Shown here: positions 23,020-34,957 of the stretch, piece by piece
Position numbering within the stretch: position 1 is the stretch's first letter
How the letters are laid out: the number at the start of each line of letters is the position of its first letter
DNA from: Eledone cirrhosa
Lineage: Eukaryota
Assembly: GCA_964016885.1 (NCBI GenBank)
Contig: OZ024740.1
Span: 159,774,001 to 159,838,000, forward strand
Reading direction: 5' to 3'
DNA: 64,000 nt
Made by a program: the position numbers and the translations under genes
The notes under the pieces: generated by a model
Database searches by the model: none
Told to the model about the DNA's origin: nothing
The model's input: the letters and a program-made list of their open reading frames with translations, nothing else

Positions 23020-26000
23020 TTGTTAATCGCTTGTTAAATGCAAGGACCCCATTCAATCATTACCTTCTTGCTAGCTACCCAATATCCCTCCCACCCCCAC
23101 GCACCACCATTGCTATTACGTGGACCAATCATAAAACAGAGCCCCCACGCATCACCAGTATTATTACGCGGACCAATCAGAAACCAGAGGCCTATACTAT
23201 CGCTTGCCTGGTTGCCTTTCGATATATGATGGATGGATGGACTGCGGAATCCTGGAGAGTGGAGGTGAGAGAGAGAAAAATCTGGACGCTCAGCGACAAT
23301 GCCAAAGATAAAGACAAATTCACCTCTTGGACGAGAATGCGAGCACTCCTCATTGTTTCGACCGCGGACGGCTAACATAACCCCATCGCCCCCCGCCCCC
23401 CACCGCCCCCAACCCCAACCCCCAAACGCAATCCAAAACTTCAGAGTTGGTACCATAAATGTAGGCACCCTAAAGGGTCGCGCTAACGAGGTTGTAGAAA
23501 TGCTTGAACGTAAGGAGGTCGATGTTTGTTGTATTCAAGAGACCAGGTGGAGGGGTGGGTCTGCTAGGTTCATTGAGGGTAAAAAACGATGTTATAAGCT
23601 TTTCTGGGTGGGAAACGACGATGGGCTGGGTGGAGTAGGAATCATGGTAGCAGAAAAGTGGGCAGATAAGATAATAGACGTAAATAGAGTGAACGACAGA
23701 ATAATTAAAATACGACTTGTCCTCAATAGAACTACGGTGACAGTAATATCTGCGTACGCACCCCAATCCGGACTGCCCGGCACTATAAAAGACAGATTCT
23801 ATGAGACACTGATGCTAACTACCTCCCAAATATCCGACAGTGACTATATAATTATCGCAGGCGACCTAAATGGTCACGTTGGACAACATTGTGACGGCTA
23901 CGACGAAATCCATGGAGGCTATGGGTTTGGTACTAGAAATGAGCAAGGCTCCAGAATCCTGGAATTCTGTGATGCAAATAACCTAACTATCTGTAACACT
24001 AACTTCAAAAAACGTGACAATCACCTGATCACCTATAGATCCGGGGAACACACAAGCCAGGTAGATTATATCCTTACCAGAAGACGTGACAGAGTGTCTG
24101 TTGTAAACACTAAATCCCTCCCCCATGAAGAATGCACCTCCCAACATAGACTGATAATTAGCGACCTCATAGTCAGGACGAGACGTACTCGACAACAGAA
24201 GAGGACTATCCTCAGGAGGAAAATATGGAAGCTAAAGGACCCCACAGCCAGGAATAAATTTCAAAGCATATTACTTGATGCTTTCGACAGTAAGGAAGAA
24301 CATTTAGAGTCGGACAATATAGAGGGAGAGTGGGAATTTCTGAAAGCAAACCTGCTGTTGGCGACAGACGAAGTCTGTGGCTGGAGCAGGCCTGTAGGCA
24401 GGAGGAGAGTAACATGGTGGTGGAACAGTAAGGTGGAGGGGTCAATTAAGGCCAAAAAGCAGGCTTGGAAAGTATGGCGGGATGGGGGAAGTAGAGAGAA
24501 CTATCAAGTGGCCAGGAGGGAAGCTAGGAGACAAGTGTACTTAGCAAGAAGGGAAGCTGAGGAAAGAAAGTTCAAGCATGTTCTACAACGCGATGACCAA
24601 AAACGTGAGGTGTTCAGGATTGCTAGGCAATGCGTCAAGGAAAACCGTGATATTGTCGGGGAGAAGTGTGTACTAAACGACGATGGCACACTTGCCATCA
24701 CCGACGCTGATAAGAAGGTAGCTTGGAAGTGTCACTATGAAAGGCTACTAAATGAGGAGAATAATTGGGAGAAAGGCAGTCTCCCCCATATCGACCCAAT
24801 AGAGGGACCAGCAGTGTTAGTCGAGGGGAGTATAATAAGTAAGGCAATCAAGGATATGAAGACGGGTAAGGCGGCTGGGCCTTCGGAAATAGTTGCTGAG
24901 ATGCTGAAGGCATCTGGCACGGTGGGACACACCATGGTCACCCGCATAGTTAACCAAGTCGTACAGAATGGGGTTGTTCCGAAGGACTGGCATAGCAGCA
25001 TCATCGTTAACTGTTATAAGGGTAAAGGAGACGCCCTAGATAGGAGTAACTATAGAGGCATTAAATTAATCGACCAGGTCATGAAGGTCACGGAAAAAGT
25101 AATAGCGCAACTAATCAGAGAGAGAATTGACCTAGATGAAATGCAGTTCGGGTTTGTGTCAGGCAAAAGTACCACAGACGCTCTTTTCATAGTACGACAA
25201 CTACAGGAGAAGTACCTAGCTAAAGGTAAACCTCTCTACTTAGCTTTTGTCGACTTGGAGAAAGCCTTCGACAGAGTCCCCCGCTCCATTATCTGGTGGG
25301 CTCTTAGAAAACTAGGCGTTGACGAATGGCTTGTGAGGGCTATACAAGCCATGTATAAAGAAACAGTCAGCAAGGTTAGAATTAACAACGAATATAGTGA
25401 AGAGTTTAGCGTAAAAGTTGGCGTCCATCAGGGCTCTGTTCTCAGCCCACTACTATTTATTATTGCCCTTCAGGCTATAACAGAGGAGTTCAAGACAGGC
25501 TGCCCATGGGAACTCCTATACGCAGACGACCTGACACTCATAGCGGAATCAATGGCCGAGCTAGAGAAGAAATTCCAAACATGGAAGCACGGCCTAGAGT
25601 CAAAAGGACTTAAAATTAACCTGGCTAAGACCAAAGTACTAGTTTGTAGGAAAGAAAACAAGGCGGCGGTCCCTTCTGGGAAATGGTCGTGCTCGGTGTG
25701 TAGGAAAGGCGTAGGTAGAAACTCCATTTTATGTCCTAAATGCAAAGTATGGGTGCATAAAAGATGTAGTGGGATCACAGGTAAGCTAACTAAGAACATA
25801 GATTTTACATGTGGCCGGTGCTCTGGTGCAATAAGTAGCAGCAAGTGCCCACAAACTACTAGCTCTTTCAATTGCGCAGAGGGTTCTATAGAAATAGTGG
25901 ACAGCTTCCGTTACCTGGGCGATAAAATCAGCAGTGGGGGAGGGTGCTCTGAAAGTACTGTAGCTAGAGTCAGAACTGGTTGGAAAAAGTTCAGAGAGCT

Positions 26001-26832
26001 TATACCACTATTAGCTGCTAAAGGGTTCTCACTAAAAATGAAAGGCAGGTTGTACGATGCCTGCATACGAACAGCAATGCTGCATGGCAGTGAGACCTGG
26101 GCATTGTGTGCAGAGGATATACGCAGACTAGAGAGGAACGAAGCTTGCATGCTCCGCTGGATGTGTAACAGTAATATACGTGAACGGCAAAGCATAAACG
26201 AACTAAGGAAAAAATTAGAGATAAGAGGGATCAGATGTTGTTTACTCGAGAGAAGGCTACGTTGGTATGGACACGTGATGTGCATGAAAGTCGATAGCTG
26301 TATAACAAAGTGCAGGGCAATAAAGATAGACGGTAGTCACGGAATAGGCAGACCTAGAAAAACCTGGGACGAGCTGATAAACTCCGACATCACACACTTA
26401 CACCTCTCCAAGACAATGTCACTGGACCGAGACCTTTGGTGGTACTCAGTAACAGAGAAGACCCGCCTTACCTAAATATATAGTAAAACCTACTCCAGCC
26501 AGTAGGCATCTCTAACAAAATACCGTTCTATGTAAAGTTATGTTGGTGCCGCGCCATCGAGGCCGAAACAAATGAGATCGTGTAGGTGTCACGACAAAAA
26601 AACACACAGTGCACGCTGTAATGTGGCCGTGTAGGCAACACGGTAAAAACCTCCCAGACCCACACTGTAAATGTGGTTGGTGTTAGGAAGGGCATCCAAC
26701 TGTAGAAAACCTGCCAGACAGTCCTATGCGAGCAAGACAATCACTCTTGCCTCAAGTGGGACTACCCCCGTCCAAACCCATGCAAGCGTGGAACACGGAC
26801 GTTAAACGTTGATGATGATGATGATGATGATG
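23020..26832 (+). mobile_element. Full-length RTE LINE (subfamily A), potentially intact
   Basis: 5'UTR, uninterrupted ORF, 3'UTR and (GAT)n tail; inserted in (TA)n. Confidence 0.96.
23299..26475 (+). CDS. RTE polyprotein: AP-like endonuclease, reverse transcriptase and an internal PHD-like Zn finger (1058 aa)
   Basis: GTINVGTL, IQETRW, SAYAPQ, GDLNGHVG, QVDYIL, SQH (APE); NYRGIKL, QFGF, FVDLEKAFD, GVHQGSVLSP, LYADD, FRYLG (RT); RRLRWYGHV and GRPRKTW (RTE C-terminus). Confidence 0.96.
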   Translation: MPKIKTNSPLGRECEHSSLFRPRTANITPSPPAPHRPQPQPPNAIQNFRVGTINVGTLKGRANEVVEMLERKEVDVCCIQETRWRGGSARFIEGKKRCYKLFWVGNDDGLGGVGIMVAEKWADKIIDVNRVNDRIIKIRLVLNRTTVTVISAYAPQSGLPGTIKDRFYETLMLTTSQISDSDYIIIAGDLNGHVGQHCDGYDEIHGGYGFGTRNEQGSRILEFCDANNLTICNTNFKKRDNHLITYRSGEHTSQVDYILTRRRDRVSVVNTKSLPHEECTSQHRLIISDLIVRTRRTRQQKRTILRRKIWKLKDPTARNKFQSILLDAFDSKEEHLESDNIEGEWEFLKANLLLATDEVCGWSRPVGRRRVTWWWNSKVEGSIKAKKQAWKVWRDGGSRENYQVARREARRQVYLARREAEERKFKHVLQRDDQKREVFRIARQCVKENRDIVGEKCVLNDDGTLAITDADKKVAWKCHYERLLNEENNWEKGSLPHIDPIEGPAVLVEGSIISKAIKDMKTGKAAGPSEIVAEMLKASGTVGHTMVTRIVNQVVQNGVVPKDWHSSIIVNCYKGKGDALDRSNYRGIKLIDQVMKVTEKVIAQLIRERIDLDEMQFGFVSGKSTTDALFIVRQLQEKYLAKGKPLYLAFVDLEKAFDRVPRSIIWWALRKLGVDEWLVRAIQAMYKETVSKVRINNEYSEEFSVKVGVHQGSVLSPLLFIIALQAITEEFKTGCPWELLYADDLTLIAESMAELEKKFQTWKHGLESKGLKINLAKTKVLVCRKENKAAVPSGKWSCSVCRKGVGRNSILCPKCKVWVHKRCSGITGKLTKNIDFTCGRCSGAISSSKCPQTTSSFNCAEGSIEIVDSFRYLGDKISSGGGCSESTVARVRTGWKKFRELIPLLAAKGFSLKMKGRLYDACIRTAMLHGSETWALCAEDIRRLERNEACMLRWMCNSNIRERQSINELRKKLEIRGIRCCLLERRLRWYGHVMCMKVDSCITKCRAIKIDGSHGIGRPRKTWDELINSDITHLHLSKTMSLDRDLWWYSVTEKTRLT

Positions 26833-27094
26833 TATTATATTATATATATATATATGTATTATATTATATATATATGTATTATATTATATATATATATGTA
26901 TTATATATATACATATGTATTATATTATATATATGTATTATATTATATATCATCTTCATCATCATCATTTTACGTCCGCTCTTCCCTGCTTCCAAGGGTA
27001 TATATATATATATATATGTATTATATATATATATATATACACACATATATATATATATGTATTATAATATATATGTATATATATATATATGTAT

Positions 27095-27128
<34 letters not shown>

Positions 27129-27514
27129 TGACATAAAACTCATAATGATTATATTATACATATATATAAATAAACAATTTATTTCCTTTTTAAAATTATA
27201 ATTTAGTTTTATCATATGTACCAATTATATTTTGTTTTACATCAGCATCAATTGATTTGTGATAATGTGCAACATTTACAGCATACAAAATTGTCGATAG
27301 CTTATCCAGGCATCACATATACTAATGTTGTTTAGGTTTAGTAAAAAATAAAATAAACTAAAATAAAACACACACAATATGGGTTATAATGGAATGCTAT
27401 ATTGATATACTTCAAGTTTTGAGAAATTTAATTACTTAGATTGAAATTCCATTACCTTCTGAACAAGCAAGAATTCTGAATTAGTATTATTGCTTTTAAC
27501 ATTTATTTGTCACA

Positions 27515-28810
27515 GTGGCAGATTCGTTAGGTTTTGATAAAATCCTTTGTCTGTTTGCATAGGTTGTTTGTTTACTGAGTTCATATTCTGTCGAGGTCAG
27601 CTTTGTCTTTTGTCCTTGTGGGGTGGATAAAGTTAAAGCACCATTTAAGTACAAAACAAACAACAAAATAAACAAAATAACCCAAGAATCTTGTTCCTCT
27701 GTAAGAAATTGTTAAATATTACCAAATATACTTATTAATTGGGTGGTACTGGATTGGCAGTATCGGTAGAGCATCAGACACCCTGCTTTGTGGCAGAGAT
27801 TTACAGCTCTTTACGTTCTGAGTTCATATCCCACCAAGGTTAGCTTTGCCTTTCATCCTTATGGGTTCAATAAAATAAAGCACCAGTAAGTGCAGGGGTT
27901 GACTTAATCAACTTTCCCCTCCCTTTCAAATTGCTGGCCTTGTGTCTGAATTAGAAACAATTATTGATTGGGTGGTGGATTGGGAGGATCGATAGAGCAT
28001 CAAATAACATGCTTTGCAGCACAGAGTTTATGGCCCTCTACATTTTGCGTTCAAATCCCACTGAGGTTAGCTTTACATTTCATCCTTACGGGGTCGTTAA
28101 TTTAAAGTACCAGTAATGCACTGGGGTTTATCTAATCGACTTTCCCCTCAACTATAATTGTTGGCCTTGTGCCTTGTGCAGAAACCATTATTGATTGGTA
28201 GAATTGTTAGTGTTAAACAAAATTCCTAGTGGTATTTCAGTTATGGCTCTATATTATTTGAGTTCACATTCCATCAAAGTCAACTTTGCTTTTCATTCTT
28301 CCAAGGTCAATAAAAAAAGTACCAGTTAAGTACTAGGGTCAATATAATCAAATTTTCCTCTCACCCAAAACGACTGGCCTTGTGCCTATCTTAGAAATAA
28401 TTATTTGCCATTATGATTTCAATGGTTATAAGGAGTATTATCTAATGCACCATGAAATGCACCTTTCTGTTCTTGAAGTGTTTGCTACATAAAGTACCAG
28501 TTATATACTGAGGTCAATATAACAGATTATTATTTTCCTCCAGATTTTAGGACTTGAGCCTATTTAAAAAGTCCACCTCGTCATAATTATCTTCCTTATT
28601 ATTCCCTACGCCATGCTTTGCAGCAAAGGGTTACGGCCCTTTATGGTCTGAGTTCAAATCCCGCCGAAGTTAACTTTGCCTTTCATCATTATGGGGTCGA
28701 TAAAATAAAGTACCAGTAATACTCTGGGTTAATAGCTGGCCTTGTGCCAAAAGTAGAAATAATTATTATTCCCCCCAAATTACTGGCCTTGTGCCTAATG
28801 TAGAAATTAT
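27515..28810 (+). mobile_element. Cluster of ~6 co-oriented SINE family 1 copies of different ages
   Basis: The gagttca-atc...ctttgcctttcatcc...aaagtaccag...ggccttgtgcc core recurs at ~27580, 27820, 28050, 28260, 28490 (partial) and 28650. Confidence 0.8.
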
Positions 28811-29799
28811 TATCGTTGTTGTTGTTGCTGCTGTTGCCGCCGCCACGGCCGCCATATATCTGTGCCAATATTTGAAATCAATAGTTATTACTATAAGAAA
28901 TCATTATAATAAAAGAAACAATAATTATTATCATTTTAATAGTGGGTGCCATTAATAATATTATTGTTATATCTGAAATCATTATTATAATCATTACTGT
29001 CTTTGTTGTTGAAGTTGCTGCTGTTGTTGATGCTGTTTCGTTTTCTTTTTTATTTTTATAGGTCAAATTTTCACTGATAAAAATAAATCAGATGTATTTG
29101 AAATTCGATAAAATTACATCTTTCCCTTTTTCATGTCACCAGTGTTAGGAACATATTGTGGGAAATGGTGGAATCTCACTTAAAAAGTTGCATGTTTTGT
29201 GTCGGAACACAATTTTATTGATCATTTTCTGTATCATAATATAATAAAGGGAGGAGTGCAGGACTGCGTCCTGATATATTTTTTATCCCGTTTGTAAAAT
29301 AAGTTGGATTACTTTGAATAAATAATTGTAATGAATGAATATTACATAATTTATGTACTAAATTTCGTAACTCTTAATGAAATATAAATAATTTTATTGC
29401 TTATTTCATGATTCACTTTTTTTAAATTTTCAAATTTCAATACTTCCGGTTATAATATAATAGATTCAATATTATATCGCTTATGTAAACGTTCATATAT
29501 TTGCATTGTCATATAATGTTTATATTTACGTCTCTAATTTTCTCCTTTCTCATTTTCATTAAATTTTGCTGTAATGCTGTTTATATATAATATTATCTTT
29601 TTTAAACATATCATGGACCACTTTACCGATTACAGAAGACACTGTAAAACAGTCTCTCTTCAATTCTGTGCCTGTTCTCAATTACGATTTGATTTGACAT
29701 ATCATATCTACATGTATATATATTTGCATACAATACCAATATTTACTCTACACATGCTAGCAGAAAACCACCCCAAGGGAGGTTTTCTGCTAGTATAAG

Positions 29800-30230
29800 T
29801 AATGTAGGGAACATGGCCAGCTGGCAAAATCATTAGGGCACTAATTAAATGCCTTGCATTTGTTTTAGCTCTCTGTGCCTTGTGTTCAAATACTGCCATG
29901 GTTAACTTTACCTTTCATATTTTGGGGGTCAATTGATAAAGTACCAGTCCTGGATATTGGATTGGTTGGATTGTTAGAGCATTGGACAAGATACCTTGTG
30001 GTATTTACGGTGGCATTCTGTATGCACTCTGAGTTCAAATACAGTTGAGGTTAACTCTATATTTCATCCTTTTGTGTTGATAAATAGTCTGTTCAGGGCA
30101 GTGGATTGGAGTTATTAGAGTATTGGATAATAAATCTTGTGGTATTAATTCTGGCTCTTTACACTCTAAGTTCAAATACCACTGAGGTTAATTTACATTT
30201 AATCCATTAGGGATCGATAAATAAAATACT
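29800..30230 (+). mobile_element. Three degenerate co-oriented SINE family 1-like copies
   Basis: gttcaaatac...ggttaact...tttcat core at ~29884, 30032 and 30170. Confidence 0.6.
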
Positions 30231-31083
30231 ATTCTAGAATGGGGGATAAGAAGCAGTTTTTTGGGGGGAGGTGGGGGTTAACAGAAAATGACAAGCTTAA
30301 GAGTTGTTTTATAATCAATGTGCTTGATAGATAAAACACTACTATTAATACATCTAAAATACATGACTGTGATGGGTGAATACTCTTACTTTTTTACTGG
30401 TGTGTGGCCACACTGGGCAATTAGTTTTCAGGAGTTTAATTAATCATATCAACCTACAGTATTATTTTCAAAATCCTGTTGAAACCAAACCATATGAACC
30501 CTTTCTCACTCATTTTTAGTTTTAAGCTATTTGTTTTAAAGTGCTTATATTTATCTAAACACTTTTCCATTCCATCATAATCCTATGTCCCGACCTTTGT
30601 TAAGTTATATTTCAAACACCAGAATAATTATGAGAAAGTTAGTTATATAACTAAATCCCTCTGAATTTTTTTATTATTTTCAAAATTATTGGAAAATCAT
30701 GGGCTGGACTTTTCCCTGAAAATCATCATCATTTAACATTTATTTTCTGTGCTTGCATGGATTAGATGTGTGGAAATATAGTAACAAGAGTGTTAAGCCT
30801 GGTATTTAATTCATAGATATCTATTTGTCTCACTGCTGAGTTATAGAACAATGTCAAGCAGTATAGCTGTAAACACAGAAATAAACAAACATACACACCT
30901 GCAAACACAGATATCATCATCATCACCAACACCCATGTTTCCATGATGGCATGCTTTAGACGAATTATCCTGTTGTGAGCAATGTCAGCTCAGGTGACCA
31001 TGTCTTGCTCATCCAGAATCAATTTTGTCTTTTTTAAATAGAAAATGACTAATTGAAGAATTTTTTATAATCAATGTGCTTGA

Positions 31084-31862
31084 TACACACACATACACTC
31101 ACTCACACACTTACACTCATTCACACACACTCACTCACATACACATACACACTCACTCACACACATACACTCACTCACACACATACACTCACTCACACCG
31201 ATACACTCTCACTCATACACATACACTCACTCACACACACATATACTCACTCACATACACTCACTCACACACACATACACTCACTCACACACACATACAC
31301 TCACACACATACACTCACACACACTCACTCATACTCACTCACACACATACTCACTCACACACATACACACTCACTCACAAACTCACTCACACACATACTC
31401 ACTCACACACATACACTCACTCACACATACACTCACTCACACACACTAAACGCTCACTCACACACACAAAACACTCAACACATACACTCACTCAACACAC
31501 ACTCACTCACTCTCATACACTCACTCACACACATACACTCATTCACACACATACACTCACTCACACACATACACTCACACACACTCACTCATACACTCAC
31601 TCACACACACACTCACTCACACACATACACTCACTCACACACACACACATACACACACACACATACACTCACTCACACACATACACTCACTCACACACAT
31701 ACACTCACTCACTCACATACACTCACTCAGACACATACACTCTCTCACACACATACATTCACTCACACACATACTCACTCACACACATACACTCACTCAT
31801 ACACATACATACACTCACACACATACACTCTCACACACATACACACTCATTCACTCACTCAC
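31084..31862. repeat. (CA)/(CACT)/(CATA) compound microsatellite
   Basis: Direct reading; source of the His/Thr-rich ORFs. Confidence 0.92.
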
Positions 31863-32751
31863 AAGCAATAGGCTTTCACACAATTTCCAAATTTCATTCA
31901 CAACATATTGGTTAAACTGTATCTATTGCAGAAGACACTTGTATAAACTTTAAAAAAAGTGGGACTGAACCTGAAAACACGTGGTTGTGAAGCAAACCTC
32001 TTAGCCATGTAGCCAAGCTTAGATATGAAAATACAGAGAAAATGTATTGGACCAGACCAGTTTGATAGCAATAAATAAATAAAACAATTCTAATGGAAAC
32101 ATACTGTACTGTGAGGTGTAGATATTTTTACAATTCTTTTTTCTATCTTTGCTTCTACTTTTACTGCTTCTTCACAAGTGAGTAGTGTTGATTAAAATTT
32201 CAGCTAACCCCTCCACTCTTTCATTCCTTTGCTTTACTGCATTGTATAGCTAGATTATTCAATCATCCAAACTCTACAGCTCTCTCTCTCTTTGTCTGTC
32301 TGACTGACTGTCTGTCTCTTTCTCTCTCCTTTCTCCTTTCTGTCTCTCTGTCTGTCTACCCCCTCTCTCTCTCTCCATTATTTAATTATATATTCCATAT
32401 CATTTCACTCTTACTTACTTCCTTCCTATTGCACTCTGCCTGAAGCTACACTGCAGAGATCACTTGGGAAAGGTATGGGAGCAAATATAAACATTACCAG
32501 TTGCTTGTTTCAGACATGACTGTGTTGTTAATAAGAACGTTTTGCAGCTATATGCTTTGGAGCTTTGTCCCACAGTGTGGCACCATAAATGTTTTCTACT
32601 ATAGTCTGAAGCCAGCCAAAGCCTTATAAGTGATTTTATCAGACAGTAACTGTAAAGAAGCCCTTGTATATAAGCATATAACATCATCCTCACCATCATT
32701 TCACAAATATTTGTCCATGCTTGCATAGGTTAAACTATATATATATATATA

Positions 32752-32788
<37 letters not shown>

Positions 32789-32840
32789 GTATATATGATA
32801 TATATATATATATGATATATATATATAAACTATATATATA

Positions 32841-33980
32841 TCATCACCGTTTTACGTCTGTTCATTCACGCTAGCATGGGTTAGACGGGTTGTCCTGTTG
32901 TGGGCAGTAGCCGGTCGGCTGACCATGCCTTGCTCATACGGGAACTGATTCTGGCTTGATTTCTACAGCTGGATGCCTTTCCTAACACCAACCTCATTTA
33001 GAGTGAGTGCTGGGTGCTTTTTTTCCGTGGCGCCTACACGTCCACTTTACAGTGTAGGCTGGGTGCTTTTTTGTCGTGCACCTCCATGACCACTTTTGCA
33101 GTGGGAGGGTGTGGAGGCATATTGTCTATATGCTTCAGCTACGGCTTGTACCCATGGAGGGTCGAGTCTTCTGTATTACTGCATGACGCCAGAGGTCACG
33201 GTTATGTGTCATTGCTTTGAGAGGTGTAATTGGGTAAGGTCGGCTTTTATCACCTCATCTCAGGTCTTCTTGGGTCTCCCCACTCCGCTGTTTCCATCGA
33301 CTTCTAGTCCTCTGCACGTTTTTATGCAGCTGTCATCCTTCATACGCATCACATGTCCATACCAACGCAACCTCCTCTCCTGCACACAGAATTTGATTCC
33401 TCTTATGCTCAGTCTCTCTCTCAATTCGTCTATGCTTTGCCGTTTGCGTATATTACTATTACACACCCATTGGAGCTTGCAGGCTTCGTTTCTTTTTAAT
33501 CTACGCAAGTCTTCCACAGACAGCGCCCAGGTCTCACTACCATGTAACATTGCTATTCGTATACACACATCATACAGTCTGCCTTTCATTTTGAGGGAAA
33601 AGCCTTTTGCAGCTAGCAGTGGCAGTAGCTCCCTGAACGTCTTCCGTCCTGTTCTTACCCTAGTTATTGTACTTTCCGAACACCCACCTCCGCTGCTAAT
33701 TCGGTCACCTAGGTAGCAGAAGCCATCTACTGTTTCTACAGAGCCCTCCCAGAGTTTGGTGGTACTTGTTTCCTGTGGCTCTTTGCTGCTTGCTGTCCCA
33801 GCACAGCTGCTACATGTGAAGCCTACATTCTTAGTTAAGCTTCCTGAGATCCCACTACATCTCTTGTGTACCCATTGTTTGCATTTGGAGCAGAGAATGG
33901 AGTTCCTACCCACACCTTTCCTACATACTGAGCAAGGCCATTTCCCTGAGGGGATCTGAGTTCTGTTTTCTTGTCTACTT
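32841..33980 (-). mobile_element. 5'-truncated RTE LINE (subfamily B)
   Basis: ORF 33260-33913 is highly similar to 15883-17178; same 3'UTR. Confidence 0.95.
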
Positions 33981-34930
33981 AACTGTGAAATGTTGTCCTT
34001 GTTTAAAATGGAATGTTGAACCTTCTATTAGATTTATGCATATGCCACAGTTGGGCCTTCCACATTTTGTTACTGTAGGGTTCATTGTGAGGGTTTGTTG
34101 GATTTTGGCTTGTGTGAGGATGTTTTTTATGGATTTAGGTTGTCTTTTGCTCTTTATGATGTTGTGTGTTTGGAGGATTTTGTTCATTCTTGGTTCTCTT
34201 TTTAGTAAAGAAATGTTCTGGAGGATGGTGTCAAATGCTTCATTGCTGAGGGGGTTGTGTGTGGAGATGTATGGTAGAGTTTTCTGTTGCGGTTCATATC
34301 TGGGTTTAGGGTGTCTGAGTTCCTGGATGTCAAGTTTTAGGGCACATTGGAATCCATTGTTGATTAGGGATGGTGGATACTTTCTGCTGATAAGTGTGTT
34401 TTTTAATTCTTCTAGTCGTGTGTAGCATGTGTATTAATCTGAAACTATTGTGCAGATCCTTCTGGCTAGGTTATAAGGAATTACCATTTTGGCACGAGTT
34501 GAATGGAAGGTATTGTTTGGAGTCTGTGGGTTTGTAGTATATGTCTGTTTCTATTTCGTTGTTTGTTTTCTTGATGCAGATGTCAAGGAAAGGGAGTTGT
34601 TCATGGCTGTAATCCATTGTGAATTGTAAGTTTGTGTTGAGTCCATTCAGAAGGGTTTTAAACTCAATCAGTCTATCTATACTTTCATGGGAGAGGATGA
34701 AGCAGTCGTCCAGATATCTCTTCCAGTTTTTTTCTATGTGTTGGTAGAAGTGGTTGCCATATTTGTCTAGAACTTTGCGGTAGAGAGTGGTTTCCAAATA
34801 TCCCATGACAAGGTTGACGTATGAGGAGGCTACTTTCGTGCCCATGGCAGTCCCGGATTTCTGTCTGTAGTATTTGGCATTGAATTCGAAGAAATTATTT
34901 TCCAAGATGAATTTGAGTCCCTCCAACACA
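33981..34930 (-). mobile_element. Penelope-like retroelement fragment (RT, thumb and Cys knuckle; Neptune-like), disrupted
   Basis: ILENNFFEFN..YYRQKSGTAMG, WKRYLDDCF, FTM..LPFLD, IYYKPTDSKQYL, IPYNLARRIC, CGRPNCGIC. Confidence 0.9.
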
Positions 34931-34957
34931 ATATGTATATATATATATATATATATA

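Noticed and set aside
31074-31915. His/Thr-rich ORFs
   Set aside because: Translation of a (CA)-type microsatellite
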